Below are positions 37,149 through 50,555 of a stretch of 64,000 nucleotides of DNA, piece after piece. Positions within the stretch are counted from its first letter, which is position 1. Each line of letters opens with the position of its first letter. The translations under genes were made by a program, and so were the position numbers. Origin of the DNA: Torpedo marmorata. Taxonomy: Eukaryota. Where the stretch lies: the NCBI GenBank assembly GCA_977017645.1, contig OZ360232.1, forward strand, positions 35,340,001 through 35,404,000, in the 5' to 3' direction. The notes under the pieces are model-generated. The model made no database searches. It was not told the origin of the DNA and was given only the letters and a program-made list of their open reading frames with translations.

Positions 37149-38477
37149 AGGACCAGGGACGTCATGTTGCAACTGCACAAGACATTGGTGAGATCATATT
37201 ATGTGCAGTTCTGGTCACCCAGCTATAGGACAGATGTCATTAAGCTGAAGAGGGTGCAGAGGAGAGTGATGAGGATTGTAGAGCTCCGGTTACAGAGAAA
37301 CTGGATAGGCTGGGACTTCTTCCCCTGGAGCCCAGGACACTGAGGTCTGACCTTACAGAGAGGCATAGATAAGTGAATGCTCACAGTCCTATCCCCAGAG
37401 CAGGGGAGTCTAAAACCAGAGGTTAGAGGGGAAAGATTTCAAAGTGACCTTCTTCACACAGAGGGTGGTGGGTGTGTGGAACGAGCTGCCAGAGGAAGTA
37501 GTAGAGGTGGGGACAATTACAGCATTTAAAAGGCCTTCAGACAGGTACATAGATAGGAAAGTTTTAGTGGGATATGGGCCAAACAGAGGCAAATGGGACT
37601 GGCTCTAGTAGACACTTGGTCGGCATGGATGAGTTGGCTGAAGAGGCTGTTTCTCTAACTCAATGTCTCCATGGATAGGCATATGGTTAGAGAGGTGAGA
37701 GGATAAACATACTGACAGAGGTAAAGTGCGTTGGTGTCCTCGGTAACCTCAGCACAACCCAAAACCTGTGCACCACTTGAGGACTTTACGAAGAGTGATC
37801 GAACAGTCCAGAACAGGAACAGGCCCTTCGGCCCACGTTACTGTACTGAACGCGATGCCCAGTTTCAACTAAAACTCTGCTACTTGCACGTGATGCGTAT
37901 TCCTCTTCTCGCTGCATACCCACGCAATTACCCATACAGTTCTCTGCTGTAAGGCTGGAGGAATTAGCCGCCATTTTGTGCACTGCAACCTCCCATAAAC
38001 TGCAATAACAATGTCCAGATACACGAAGATAAATGTTGGCCACTTCTTCGAATTAATAGCATGGGATATTCCTCATTCACCGACTAATACGACAGTGCAG
38101 GACTCCCACAGGTTTGAAAAATCGAGTGCCCAGGAATGCAGAAGGTTGCAGAACATAACAAACACAACCAGGCCTATCACAGGCTCCGACCTCTCATCCA
38201 TTGAAGACATCTATGTGAAGCACTGCCTCAAGAAGGCAACCAACATCACCCTGGTCACAACCTCTTCTCACCGCTCCCTTCGGGCAGAAGGTACAGAAGC
38301 CTGAAGACCAGCACCTCTAGGTTCAAGAACAGTTTTAATCCAACAACTATCAGGCTTTTGAACCTCCCTGTACTACCCTAACCCTGACCATAAATGACTC
38401 CGGAGCCTCCAAAATATGTATCTGCACTATTGAAACATCACTTTTTCTTGCACTAACTGGAATTAGGAATATTTATT

Positions 38478-38705
38478 GGGCAGCACAGTTAGTGTAACGG
38501 TTAGTGTGATGCTCTCACAGCGGCAGTGACCCAGGTTCGAATCCAGCACTGTCTCCCCGTGACTGCGAGGGTTTCTTCCGGGTCCTCTGGTTTCCTCCCA
38601 CCCTCCAAAACGTACCGGGGTTGTAGGTTAATTTGGGTGTAATTGGGCAGAACGGGTTTAAATGGCCGGAATCGGCTTCTACTGTGTTGTAAATAAAATT
38701 TAAAA
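38478..38705 (+). mobile_element. V-SINE inserted in the 3' UTR of a Rex1-type LINE (38110-38885)
   Basis: B-box GGTTCGAATCC and a partial V core. The host encodes SIEDIYVKHCLKKATNI. Confidence 0.75.
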
Positions 38706-39879
38706 TGTTACATTTATTTATTTATTCTTTTATATTTGTTACCTTTTTTGTCTCAGCATATGTGGTAATTTAATGCATGCTATTGTAGTATCCTCTGTAC
38801 CTGTGCGGTTGCAGCAAGTCAGAATTTCGATGCATCCATACACTGCTCATGTATATGACAATAAGATCTCATCATCATCATCATTGTTGGCCTAGATCGT
38901 GCACTGAAGTCTCTGGTGCAGGAACGACAAACAGAATGGTGAGTAAACAGGAAAATATTGCACAGGTTTGTAGCGAGGGGAACGGGAGAATAGAGCATTG
39001 AAACAGGGCACTCCGTGCCGCTAATTTAAGCCACGCGCCCTCATGTTTCACTCCGACAACCACCGTTGGCAAACAGCGAGAGAGTTAGGGCAGCCAGCTG
39101 GTGATTTAATCAAAGGGGTAAGTGCTGGAGGATTTGCGAGAGCAAGCATTCAAAGCGCCGGGTGTCTCCTGACACAAAGATATGCTTTTCTCCCTGGCCC
39201 ATGTCAGGCAGGCAGAGCTCGGAATCACAGGCTGAACTTGTTACACGGCAGTCAGCAAGGCATCAACATTTTAAATATCAACAGAAGCCATGTATGATGT
39301 ATGTAAAGTACACAATTAAAGCAACAAGGTCAAATGGCGCGTGGCTTGTGGAGAACCATGGGGTGAGTGCAGCTACAGATTATATTTTTACTGTAGTTAA
39401 CGCTCAGGAACATTGGAATGGGAAATCCTCATGGACATATTTTAATGCAGGTTTGTACACAGCAGGATCCATCTAAACTGTGAAGGTGTTGAAGGAGTGA
39501 TTTGCATTCCCATAGCACATTCCACACCCTCCGGCCAGCCTGAGTGCTTTACACCCAATGAACTAAAAACTAATGAGGATGAGAGTTTATTGTCATATAC
39601 GTAAGTACAATGTACTGGTGAGGACTCACTTGGACTACCGGGTATCGTTTTGGGCTGCTTATTTAAGAAAGGATGTGCTGCCATTGGATAGGGTTCAGAG
39701 AAGATTCACAAGAATGATTCCTGGAATGAAGGGATTGGCATATGAGGAACATTTGATGGCTCTTGGACTGTACTCCTTGGAGTTCAGAATAATTTATATT
39801 TAATTTTAATTTAGACATACAGCATGGTAATAGGCCCTTTCGGCCCACGAGCTCGTGCCACCCAATTACACCCAATAAA

Positions 39880-40650
39880 ATAGTGCAAGAAAATGAAAAA
39901 GACAAAGTAAGGCAGTGTCTTTGGTTCATTGTGCATGCAGGAATCTGATGGCAGCGGGGAAGAAGCTGTCCTTGTGCCGCTGAGTGCTCGTCTTCAGGTT
40001 CCTGTACCTTTTCCCCGATGGTAGCAGAGTGAAGAGGGCATGGCCTGGGTGGTGGGGGTCCTTGAGGATAGAGACACCGCCTCTTGTAGATGTCCTCGAT
40101 GGAGTGAAGACTGATGCCCGTGATGTCGCAGGCCGAGTTAACAACCCTCTGGATTTTTTCCTGTCTTGAGCATTGGCACCTTTGTACCAGTGAGGCAACC
40201 AGCCAGAACGCTCTCCACGGTACACATGTAGAAGTTTTTGAGAGTCTTCAGTGACATACCAAATCACCTCAAACACCTCACAAAGTATAGCCGCTGGCAA
40301 GCCCTCTCGTGATTGCATCGACATGGAGGCTCCAGGACAAATTCTCAGAAATGTTGACACCCAGGAATTTGAAGTTCTTAACCCTCTCCACTACTGACCC
40401 CTCGATGAGGACTGGTTCGTGTTCTGACTTCTTCCTGAAGTCCACAACCATCTCCTTGGTTTTGCTAACGTTGAGTGCAAAGTTGTTGGTGTGACACCAT
40501 TCAACAAGCTGATCTATCTCCATCCTGCACACTTCCTCATGGCCATCTGTGATTCTGCCGACAACCGTGGTGTCATCGGCAAATTTGCAGATAGCATTAG
40601 AATTGTGCCTGGCCACACAGTCATGGGTGTAGAGTGAGTAGAGCAGTGGG
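39880..40650 (-). mobile_element. Rex1/Babar-type LINE, RT to 3' end (family B)
   Basis: PLLYSLYTHDC...KFADDTTVVG...LNVSKTKEMVVDFR. Confidence 0.85.
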
Positions 40651-40859
40651 CATGTAATACCCAAACAGGTAGCAATGCTGTTATTTAATTTTCAGAAGTA
40701 GGTATTGAGGGCTGATGAAGAGGTACCGAGGGTAGATCATTGAATGATGGGGCAGGACTGAGAGGTCGAATGCCTTCTTCTTGGTCCTAATTTCATCTCT
40801 TGTTATGCCTCTACGATAAGATAAAAACTCACTAAATAGCTATTCACATTCCTCTGGAC

Positions 40860-41047
40860 CAGCCATTCTCCACAAGGGCCCTAGGGGCCACAGCACATTT
40901 AAGGGGGTCATGGACTGAAATCGTAAAATATTTAAAATGTTTTTTTATGTAGTACGGAAGAAACCAACTAAACGACTGTTTCACAGGAAAGGGGCCCGGC
41001 CCATAAACTTTGAATGGGCATAACCAAAGAAAGGTTGAGAATGGCTG
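40860..41047. mobile_element. hAT MITE (CAGCCATTCTC family), directly followed by a V-SINE at 41048-41338 (+)
   Basis: TIRs CAGCCATTCTC / GAGAATGGCTG. Confidence 0.75.
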
Positions 41048-41359
41048 GCTTAGCGTAGCGGTTAGCGCAATGCTGTTACAGCGCCAGCGACCAGGAATGG
41101 GGTTTGAATCCGGTGCTGTCTGTAAGGAGTTTGTACGTTCTCCCCATGTCTGTGTGGGTTTTCCCCGGGTGCTCCAGTTTCCTCCCACCGTTCAAAACGT
41201 ACCTGGGTTGTAGGTCAATTGGATGTAATTGGGCGGCATGGGCTCGTGGGCCAAAAGGGCCTGTTACCGTGCTGTATGTCTAAATTTTAATTTTTTAAAG
41301 AATTAAATTTAACTTTAAATCTAAATTTAAAATTTAAATGGCTGTTCTGGACACTCCAA

Positions 41360-42005
41360 AGTGTTGCATCTGGTGCTCCCGTTGTGGTCTCCTCTACATC
41401 AGAGAGATTGGGCGCAGACTGCGAGATCACTTTGCTGAGCACCTCAGCTCTGTCCGTCGCAATAACATGGATCTCCTAGTGGCCACCCATTTCAATTCCC
41501 CATCCCATTCCCTTGCCATGTCTGTCCATGGTCTCATGCACTGCCAGACTGAGACCACCCGCAAATTGGAGGAACACCACCTCGTATTTTGTCTGGGCAC
41601 CCTCCAACCAGATGACATTAACATCGACTTCTCCGGTTTCCGTTAGTTCCCCCCCATCTATCCCTATGTCGCCTTTCCTTTAGCTCTGTCTCTCTCTCTC
41701 TTCCCTTTTCCCTCTGTCTCCTGTCCCCCTGCTCTGCATTCACAGAGTTACCCCCTCCCCCATGTATTCTCACCTTCCCTCTCTCCTGTCCTCCTATCCA
41801 TATCCAATTAACGCCTTTTGTCTGTTGGTCTGTCCTCCTCCCCTGCCCATTTTTCCCTTCTTCCCAGCCTTTTAATTCAGGCGCCTGCCTGCTTTTTGCT
41901 CATACCTTGAAGAAGGGCTCAGGCCCGAAACATCGGTGATATATCCTTACCTCCTATGGACGCTGCGTGACCAGCTGAGTTCCTCCAGCATTTCTGTGCT
42001 TTTAC
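41360..42005 (+). mobile_element. Penelope GIY-YIG plus terminal repeat with a hammerhead-like motif (41903-41938)
   Basis: CIWCSRCGLLYIREIGRRLRDHFAEHL; ACCTTGAAGAAGGGCTCAGGCCCGAAACATCGGT. Confidence 0.8.
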
Positions 42006-43284
42006 CAAAGTGCTGGGCGCCCAATGGAAGGCATTGGGAGTGAACTCATTGCTGCAATGTGGGAGAGACAGCTGTCAATTTATGCAGCAAGCACTCATAA
42101 TATGTAAACAGGCAGAACATCCATTTTAGGTGATGTCGATCAGGAATTAGTCAGGGTGGGAGATGAAAGGCCCTGTTCTTATCGAGGGACATTGCCTCAA
42201 GGATTCAGGGAGTAGATTTAGGATGGAGTTGAGGAGGAACTGCTTCTCCCAGAGAGTAGGGAATCTGTGGAATTCACTGCCCAAGGAAGCAGTGGAGGCT
42301 GCCTCATTGAATGTATTTGTGACAGTCATACCATGTGAATACAGGCCCTTCGGCCCACACCAACCAAACTGTCCCACCTACATGCGTCCCACCTGCCTGC
42401 ATTTGGCCCATATTCCTCTAAACTTATCCTATTCATGTATCTGTCCAATTCTTTCTTAAACGTTGCAATAGTCCCTGCCTCAACCCCCTCCTCCGGCAGC
42501 CCTTTCCACACACCCACCATCCTTTGTGTAAAAGCATTACCCCTCAGGTTCCTGTTAAATCTCTCCCCCCTCACCTTAAACCCATGTCCTCTGGTTACCG
42601 ACTCCCCTAATCTGGGTAAAAGACTCAATCTATTCCTCCCATGATGTTGTTCACCTCTATGAGATCCCCCCCTCATCCTCCTGCGCTCCAAGGAATAAAG
42701 CCCCAGTCTGCTCAACCTCTCCCTGTAGCTCAGGCCCCCGAGTCCTGGCAACATGCTCGTAAATCTTCTCTGCACCCGCTCCAGCTCGACGACATCTTTC
42801 CTGCTGCACGGTGACCAAAACTGAACACAATCCTCCAAATATGGACTCACCAACATCTTGTACAACTGCAACATGACCCTCCCAACTTCTTTCTTTTTAA
42901 AATATTTTTATTGATTTTTAATACAGAACTTATACAGATAATATAATTCAATAAAATGATATGGATAATTGTACAAAATTAATAAAACATTCAGTAAACA
43001 AAAACATACATAAGTTGTAAGTCATATCTATAATACGTATTCCAAGTGCTATATATATATATAAAAAAAAGAACTAATAACAAAAAAGGAGAGAAAAAAA
43101 GAACAAACAAAAAAAAGAAAAAAAGAGAAAAGAAAATAGTAAAAAGGAGAAAAGGAGAAAAACTCAAAACCCCTGCCTAACAGCGTTGCCAGATGCTGTA
43201 TATGATTACTATAAAAAGAAAAACAAAGGTAGAAAAAAAATGTGGAAAAAAACATGGAAAAGATACGAGTCAGACAATTTAATT

Positions 43285-43398
43285 AAAAGGTAAAGGTTCC
43301 ATTATTGTCACGTAATACTAAATTTAGAATGTAACATGCATGAAATTCTTTAATTTTTGTCTACCGTAAGGCAGACAGAGAGTCTCTACTTTGTCCAG
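43285..43398 (-). mobile_element. 5'-truncated copy of the 5S-derived SINE, in the L1 3' UTR
   Basis: The reverse complement closely matches 930-1041. Confidence 0.85.
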
Positions 43399-46300
43399 AT
43401 GAAATTATTAAGTAAGGAAGTGAGTCATGAATGACCCCCATAACGTCTGAAATCTTATATCTGAATTATTAATTGAATAACGAATCTTTTCCATATTCAA
43501 ACAGGACATGATGTCACGCAACCACTGATCATGAGTAGGCGGGGCAGCATCCTTCCATTTATGTAAAATCGCACGCCTCACCAAAAGAGAGGCAAAAGGG
43601 ATAGCACGACTCTGAACCATTGTGCCGAAGATGGCCACCAAAGGATTCGGTATTAAATCTATGTTAAAAAATTTTGACAAAGTATGGAAAACCTCTATCC
43701 AATATTTTTCCAGACTAGGACAAGTCCAGAACATATGAATTAGACTCTTCTCCGCTCTTACACCTGTTCAACAAGAACTCATATCAGAGTAGAAACGAGA
43801 TAATTTAGCTTCAGACATGTACCACTTTAAATTGTAATAAACAATGACGAGCACATAATGGAGAGTTATTAACCAACTTAAGAATTGTTTCCCAATCCAC
43901 ATCCGATATAATCAAATTTAAATCCTGTTCCCAAGCATTTTTAATTCTAACTAACGAAATCTGATTTAAACATAACAATTTCTCGTAAATAATAGATATT
44001 AAACCTTTACAAGAAGGCATTAAACTAAAAAACTCATCTACAAAATTTGATTCAGACTCTCTTGGAAAGTCAGATTGTTGTGATTCAAGAAAATGCCGGA
44101 CTTGTAAATATCTAAAAGAATGAGATTTGGGCAGGTTAAATTTAGCAGAAAGCTGCTCAAATGATGCAAAATATCCATCAATGAACAGATCCTTAAAACT
44201 TTGAATACCCTTTGTACCATATTTGAAAAGTAGCATCATGTAAAGAAGTTTGAAAAAAGTGATTGGATACGACAGGGCTTGAAAGAGAGAAATTATGAAA
44301 TGCAAAATGTTTTCTAAACTGTGTCCAAATTCTCATAGAATATTTAACATTTGAATTATCTATTAACTTTGTTGAAAATGGAAGTGAAGAGCCGAGAAGT
44401 GCTAAATTAGACAAATTTTGGGGGGAATTCTGCTCCATTGATACCCATAATGGGCAGTCAGAATGATTATGAAAAAAGGACCAAAACGTAAGATTTCATA
44501 TATTGACTGCCCAATAATAAAATCTAAAATTAGGCAGAGCCATTTCACCATCTTAGATCTTTGTTGGAAAACTTTATTAAGGCGGGGATACTTACCCATC
44601 CATATATAAGATAATATAGCCGAATCAAGTAAGTCAAAAAAACAATTTAGGAACAAAAATTGGAACAGATTGAAAAAGATATAAAAATTTAGGTAATATA
44701 TTCATTTTAATAGAATTTATACAGACTACTAAAGTTATGGACAAAGGTGACCATTGGGTCAGGGAATGCTTCACTTGTTTAAGCATAGCAAGATAATTCT
44801 CCTTAAAAAGATGTTTATAATTCTTTGTAATTGTAATACCAAGATAGGTAAACTGATTTTTAACAATCTTAAAAAGAGAACCATCATACATTGCTGCAGG
44901 AGAGTTCAATGGAAGAAGTTCACTTTTGTGTACATTCAATTTATATCCTGAAAATTGACTGAACTGTGAAAGTAATGACATCATATGGGGGAGGGAGGCA
45001 GCTGGATCCGAAATGAAAAGTAAGAGATCATCTGCATAATGGGAGACCTTATGTTCAATCCCTTTCCTCCGTATCCCCAAGATGTCCTTGCACTCACGAA
45101 ATGCAATTGCCAATGGTTCAATCGCCAGATCAAATAATAAGGGACTTAACGGGCAACCTTGACAAGTGCCACGTTGCAGATTGAAAGGCTGAGATTGTTG
45201 TAAGTTAGTAAGAATTGTGGCAGTTGGTCGTGAGTACAATAATTTAACCCATGTAATAAAATCAGAACCAAAATTGAATTTTTCAAGGGTTGTAAACAGA
45301 TATGTCCATTCTATCCGATCAAAAGCTTTTTCTGCATCCAATGAAAGAATACATTTAGGAGTTTTCCCGGAGGGAAAATACATAATATTCATTAAGCGAC
45401 GTATATTAAAATAGGAATATCGGTTTTTAATAAACCCCATCTGATCTTCAGAAATAACTGACGGTAAAATGTTTTCCATGCTATTGGCTAAAATTTTAGC
45501 CAAAATTTTAGCATCAACATTCAATAAGGAGCTCAGTCTATAAAGATATGCAAGCCTCATTAAATGAATCTGGAAGTATACCCTGTTTAAACGAATCTGC
45601 AAACACCACAATCAAGTGAGGTGTGAGCAATTGAGAAAATAATTTTTAAAATTCCACAGGAAACCCATCGGGTCCAGGGGCCTTTCCAGATTGTAATGAG
45701 GAAATAGCAGCCGTTATTTGCGAGATAGGTTCATCCAATCTAATTTGACTATCTGAAGAAATCTTGGGAAAGTTCAATTTATCCAGAAGATTCTTCATCA
45801 AATTACCGTCATTCGTACATTCAGAAGAGTATAGCTTGGAGTAGAATCTTATAAATGTATCATTTATCTCCAAATGATCTGAAGTCATAATACCATTATC
45901 GTTACGAACCTTTGTAATGAGTCGCTTAGCACCAATTCCTCTCAATTGGTTAGCTAAAAACTTACCAGATTTATCACCATGAATGTAAAACTGACTTTTA
46001 GATTTCAAAATATGGCATTCGACTGAATATGTTGAGAGAAGATCAAATTTAGTTTTAAGTTCAATCTGTTTTTTGTAAACATCTGAGTTTTTAGTTTGAG
46101 CATATTGTTGATCTAACTGTTTAATTTGTTTAATTAAATCAGATCTTTCTTTATTAGTCTTCCTTTTTTTATTAACAGTATACAAAATGATTTGCCCCCT
46201 AAGAAAAGCCTTCAAAGTATCCCATATAACTAGACTAGAGATCTCCGAGGAAAGATTAGTATCAAAAAAGAAAACTATCTGTTCTTCCATAAATTTAACA

Positions 46301-46516
46301 GAGTCCTTATCTGATAATAACACTGAATTAAAGCGCCAGTGTCTTTTATCTTGAGGAAAATTAGGAAGAATCAGTGACATTGTTACAGGGGAGTGATCAG
46401 ATATTACAATACTGTGGTATTCACAAGAATGAGTTAGTGGAATTAAATGATTATCAATAAAAAAAATAATCAATACGTGAGTAAGTGTGATGAACTTGGG
46501 AAAAGAAAGAATACTC

Positions 46517-46725
46517 TGTAGCGGCGCGCACTCGCGGGTCTCGAACCGCCATTGGACACAACGGGGTGTCCGGAGCTACGCGCTCGGGGCGGGACTTCCG
46601 GAAAGGGTGCTGATGTCACTTCCGCCCCGGGAACAGTTCAGTGTTTTTGAATCCAGTAAAGACTCCATAATTGAACTCCACAGTCTCTGCGTCTTTAATC
46701 AGTAGCGCGCCGTAGCACGACTACA
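46517..46725 (+). mobile_element. Solo LTR (209 bp, probably Gypsy) inside the L1 endonuclease region
   Basis: TGTAG...CTACA termini, 4-bp TSD ACTC, CpG-rich, AGTAAA poly(A)-like signal. Confidence 0.82.
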
Positions 46726-49700
46726 ACTCTCTATTAGTAGGATAAAAAAAACGCCAGACATCTGAAATGCCATAGTCCGATAGAAAATAATGTATTAATG
46801 AGGCAGATTTGTTTAATGTAGCCGGGTTAGAAGATGAACGATCTAGGATAGGGTCCAACCAGCAGTTGAAATCCCCACCTAGAATAAGCGAGTATAAACT
46901 TAAATCCGGCAAGGAAGTAAAAAAAATTCAAAAAACCCCGGATCATCAATATTGGGAGCATAAACATTTGCGAAAACCACCAATTTATCGTGTAATTTCT
47001 CTGAAACAATAACAAAACGACCGTTAGAATCCGAAACAACATTATGTGTACGAAAAGGAATATTCTGATGAATGAGAATCGATACACCTCTAGATTTAAC
47101 TTGAAAGGAAGAATGGTATTGCTGCCCTTTCCACCATGACATCAGGCGTGAAACATCACTGCCACGTATATGTGTCTGCTGTAAAAATATAATCGCAGCT
47201 TTAAGTTGTTTTAAATGTGAAGCCACTTTCCTTCATTTTAACTGGATGATTTATGCCTTTCACATTCCAACTCAGGAACATAATAGGATTAGCCATGATC
47301 ACTCAGTTGTAAAAAGTAAACACTAACAGTAAAACTAATTTCAGAAATTCCAATCCGCACGTGCAAAGCCGAGTTCGTGCATCATGCACAATGACCTCCG
47401 GCGTGCAGATGGCCTTTTAAACCAGAGAGTACGACTTCTTAAGCTGGAACCAAAAAAACCATAACAATAAAGCACCATGGCAACGCAAAACTCCCATAAA
47501 CCCACCCCTGTTCTTCTCCAGACCCACCCCCTAAGGCTGTCGAATAGGCCAACAGCGCGCTAATTAATTCGAGAAACCCCATTATCTTCCAGTTGAGATT
47601 AGGTTCCTGCTCTAAAGCAAAATAATAACAATTCCCCCACAGCTGCTCATATCAGACTAAAATAAGCTATGTTTAGTCTAAATTACAGTATACATCAAAA
47701 AAAAAAATTTAAATTTCTCAAAGTTTTCTTTTAAATGTTACAAAACACACAAAATAAGATTTTTTTATCCCATTTTGGTAAAACAATCTTTACCGTAAAT
47801 ACAATCAAAGTGTGTCAAATTGTTTTCCTTCAACCACTCTAAATTCAATCAATTCCCAATAACAACGCTTTCCCTGTGAAAGCCTTAAAAAGCAAATAAA
47901 TGAACCTTTAACATGTTAAAATTCAATCATCGGTTCAAAACAGCCATTCAACAGAAAAAGAAGAGAGTGTCATTCAGTAACTGGAGCAGGAAGGTTACGA
48001 GTGTACTCCTGAGCTTCCTCCACTGAACCAAACCATTTCTTGCTCCCGTTTGGAAGAGAGATGCGAAGTCTTGCTTTGAACAGCAGTGAAGGCTTACACC
48101 CACGCTTGTACAGCTCCAACATAACTTCCCTGTAGACGGCCCGCTGCTTCATAACTTCGGGAGAGTAATCTTCCGTGATTCTAAATTGTTTGCCTTGATA
48201 TTGCAGTGTACCTTTCCGACAGGCTTCACGAATCAGCAGTTCCTTCGTTTAATAGCGATGTAGGCGTATAACCACTGAACGTGGTTTTTGACCCGGTTTA
48301 GGCTTGGGCAATAGTGAGCGATGTGCTCTGTCAAGCTCCGGTGGTGTCGGAAACATATCGTCCCCAAACACTATTACTAACAACTCAGAGAAAAATTTGT
48401 TAAGCGTACCAGTTTCAGTATCTTCAGCCAAGCCTACAATACGCAGGTTCTGCCTTCTACTTCGATTTTCCAGATCAACAACTCTCGCCGTTAGTCTCTC
48501 GTTGTTATCTTCCAGGTGGCTGACCCGGTCTTTCAAATCCTTTAAAGTAGATTCTACCGAGGTTAAATGCCCACCCTGTTCTTCAGTAGAACGACAGACC
48601 TGTGCAAGTCGATTCTCCAGTGCCAAAAGCTTATCTTCTAGACTTTTAAATTCTGCAGCAATAAACGGTTTGATTTCTTCAAGTACTTTGGAGAAGCCCT
48701 CAGTAATCGGATTTGGCTGTGGATTAGCTGGAGTTTCTTGTTTCTTCCCATTTTTTCCATTTCTTCCAGTCTTTCCACTTCTTGTATCCATTTCAAACAC
48801 GGAATATGAAATTCGACACCACTTCGAAAGTTTTAAAAAAGTAAACAGGGGAAAAAAGTATGCTGAAGGTATGGAGCTGTGATAGAGATGTCTACTCCAT
48901 ATCACACTCTAACCGGAAGTCCGACCCTCCCAACTTCTATACTCAGCGCTCTGACTGATGAAGGCCAAGGTGTCAAAAGCCTTTCTGACCACCCTATCTA
49001 CCTGTGACACCACTTTCAAGGTACTATGTACCTGTGCTACTAGATCCCTCTGCTCTACAACACTTCCCAGATCCCTGTGTAGATCTTACCCATGTTAGAC
49101 CTCATAATGCAACATTTCTCTGTATTAAATTCCATCAACCATTCCTCTGTCCGCCCGATCAAGATCCAGCCGCAATCTTTGGCAACCGTCTTCACTATCT
49201 ACAATATGTACCAGTCCTCTGCGTTACTCCTGATGCAGGGTTTCAACTGAAACATCCACAGTTCCTTTCCCCCAACAGATGTTGTTCCACCCGCTCTGTT
49301 TAATTTAATTTAGACATACAGCATGGTTACAAGGCCCTTCTGGTCCCCGTGCCGCCCAATTACCCCAACCAAACTACACCACCAACAGTTTGTTTTGTTT
49401 TTATCTCTGGATTCCTGCATCTGCAGTCTCTTGGAAACTTGCCAGTTGCCTGGATCCACTTGTTGCTTTAAGAGGAGGCGTGTAACTAGGCGGGTGCTAT
49501 GACCCGGGAGGGGAAAAAAATCATCTGGGTTTGCTTGCTGCTCGCAGCAAGTTTGGGATCTGGATTCACTTCGATGATATTCTTTGCCATGTCATCCGCA
49601 CTGGTGCTGTCAATGCGCTCGACAGAAAGTTAAAGTTAGTTTGACAGACACATGCATTTGCTGGCGGCTGTCTGACAGCAAGATAAAAGGGTGTTTCAGA

Positions 49701-50555
49701 GTTCCAAATCAGACTGCAAAAAGTTAGTGAGTGGACAACGTTACCGGTTGATCCCAGCTGAAAGAAAGGTAAGGAGAGAAAATATTCAGAGCATAACCCA
49801 TCCTGCATTTTTGCTCTTTATACCAGAGGCAGCAAATAAACATTTCACAAAAGTAAATAAATTAAGAATCGTTTATTCTTAAACTTTGCACCAAAATGTT
49901 TCAATTTTTTTAAAATTAAGTTTGCAGCGACAAAATAAGATTGAATTGGATCTGGAATGAGGGAGGAACAGATTCGATTGGTTACAATTGACAAGTTGTG
50001 CTAAAACTGGATATTTGTTTAGTTCCAACTCTCAGGCGAAGACTTTGTTTTGAGATGTTGTTCATTTATTAGCAACTTGCCTGGTGACAGGTTCAGAGTT
50101 ATGCGCCGCTTCGTCCTGGGGCAGAGACAGCTCGGAGCTCGGCTTCCCCTCCCGTGGACGCGGGGCGCCATCTCCCGTCAGCACCGCGCGGTCGCTGGGA
50201 CCAGGCGGAGGGGCTCGGCGCGGGCTAGATGGGCTGAAGGGCCCGCCGCAGAGCTGATTCTATTTCTGAAACCTCTCCGGCACTGACATAGCGCCCTTGG
50301 CCTGCGCGGGGCGGAGTGCGTGGCAGGCTGTTCGTGCACAGACAGCAAGGCTGTGTTCGTGCTGGGATCAATGTTACAAAGCGACTCTTGTGAACAGTAG
50401 CGGCGAGGCTTATTTTTGTACAGAGGGTTCAAAGCACATTGTTGGACGAAGCTGTATTCTGCCGTTCGCCCATTTGATGCTGGGTTAAAGGTTTCATTAT
50501 TTAGTGTCTGTGTCACTCATCTCAGAGTAAGAAAATCTTCGAGCAAAATTTGAGT

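Larger units (their letters stand above)
42891..48922 (-). mobile_element. Full-length (~6 kb) decayed L1-clade LINE inserted in a CR1 remnant
   Basis: 5' end GGACTTCCGG. ORF1 48791-47970 (DLENRSRRQNLRIVGLAE, LDRAHRSL). ORF2 47296-43408 (SWNVKG, NVYAPN, GGDFN, SDHSP, KAPGPDGFP, LDAEKAFDR, QGCPLSP, YADD). 16-bp TSD GACCCTCCCAACTTCT at 42875-42890 and 48923-48938. Confidence 0.93.

Noticed and set aside
41048-41125. tRNA genes at V-SINE heads (also ~3120-3190 and 56657-56740)
   Set aside because: They run directly into the SINE core, and I could not fold a proper cloverleaf.
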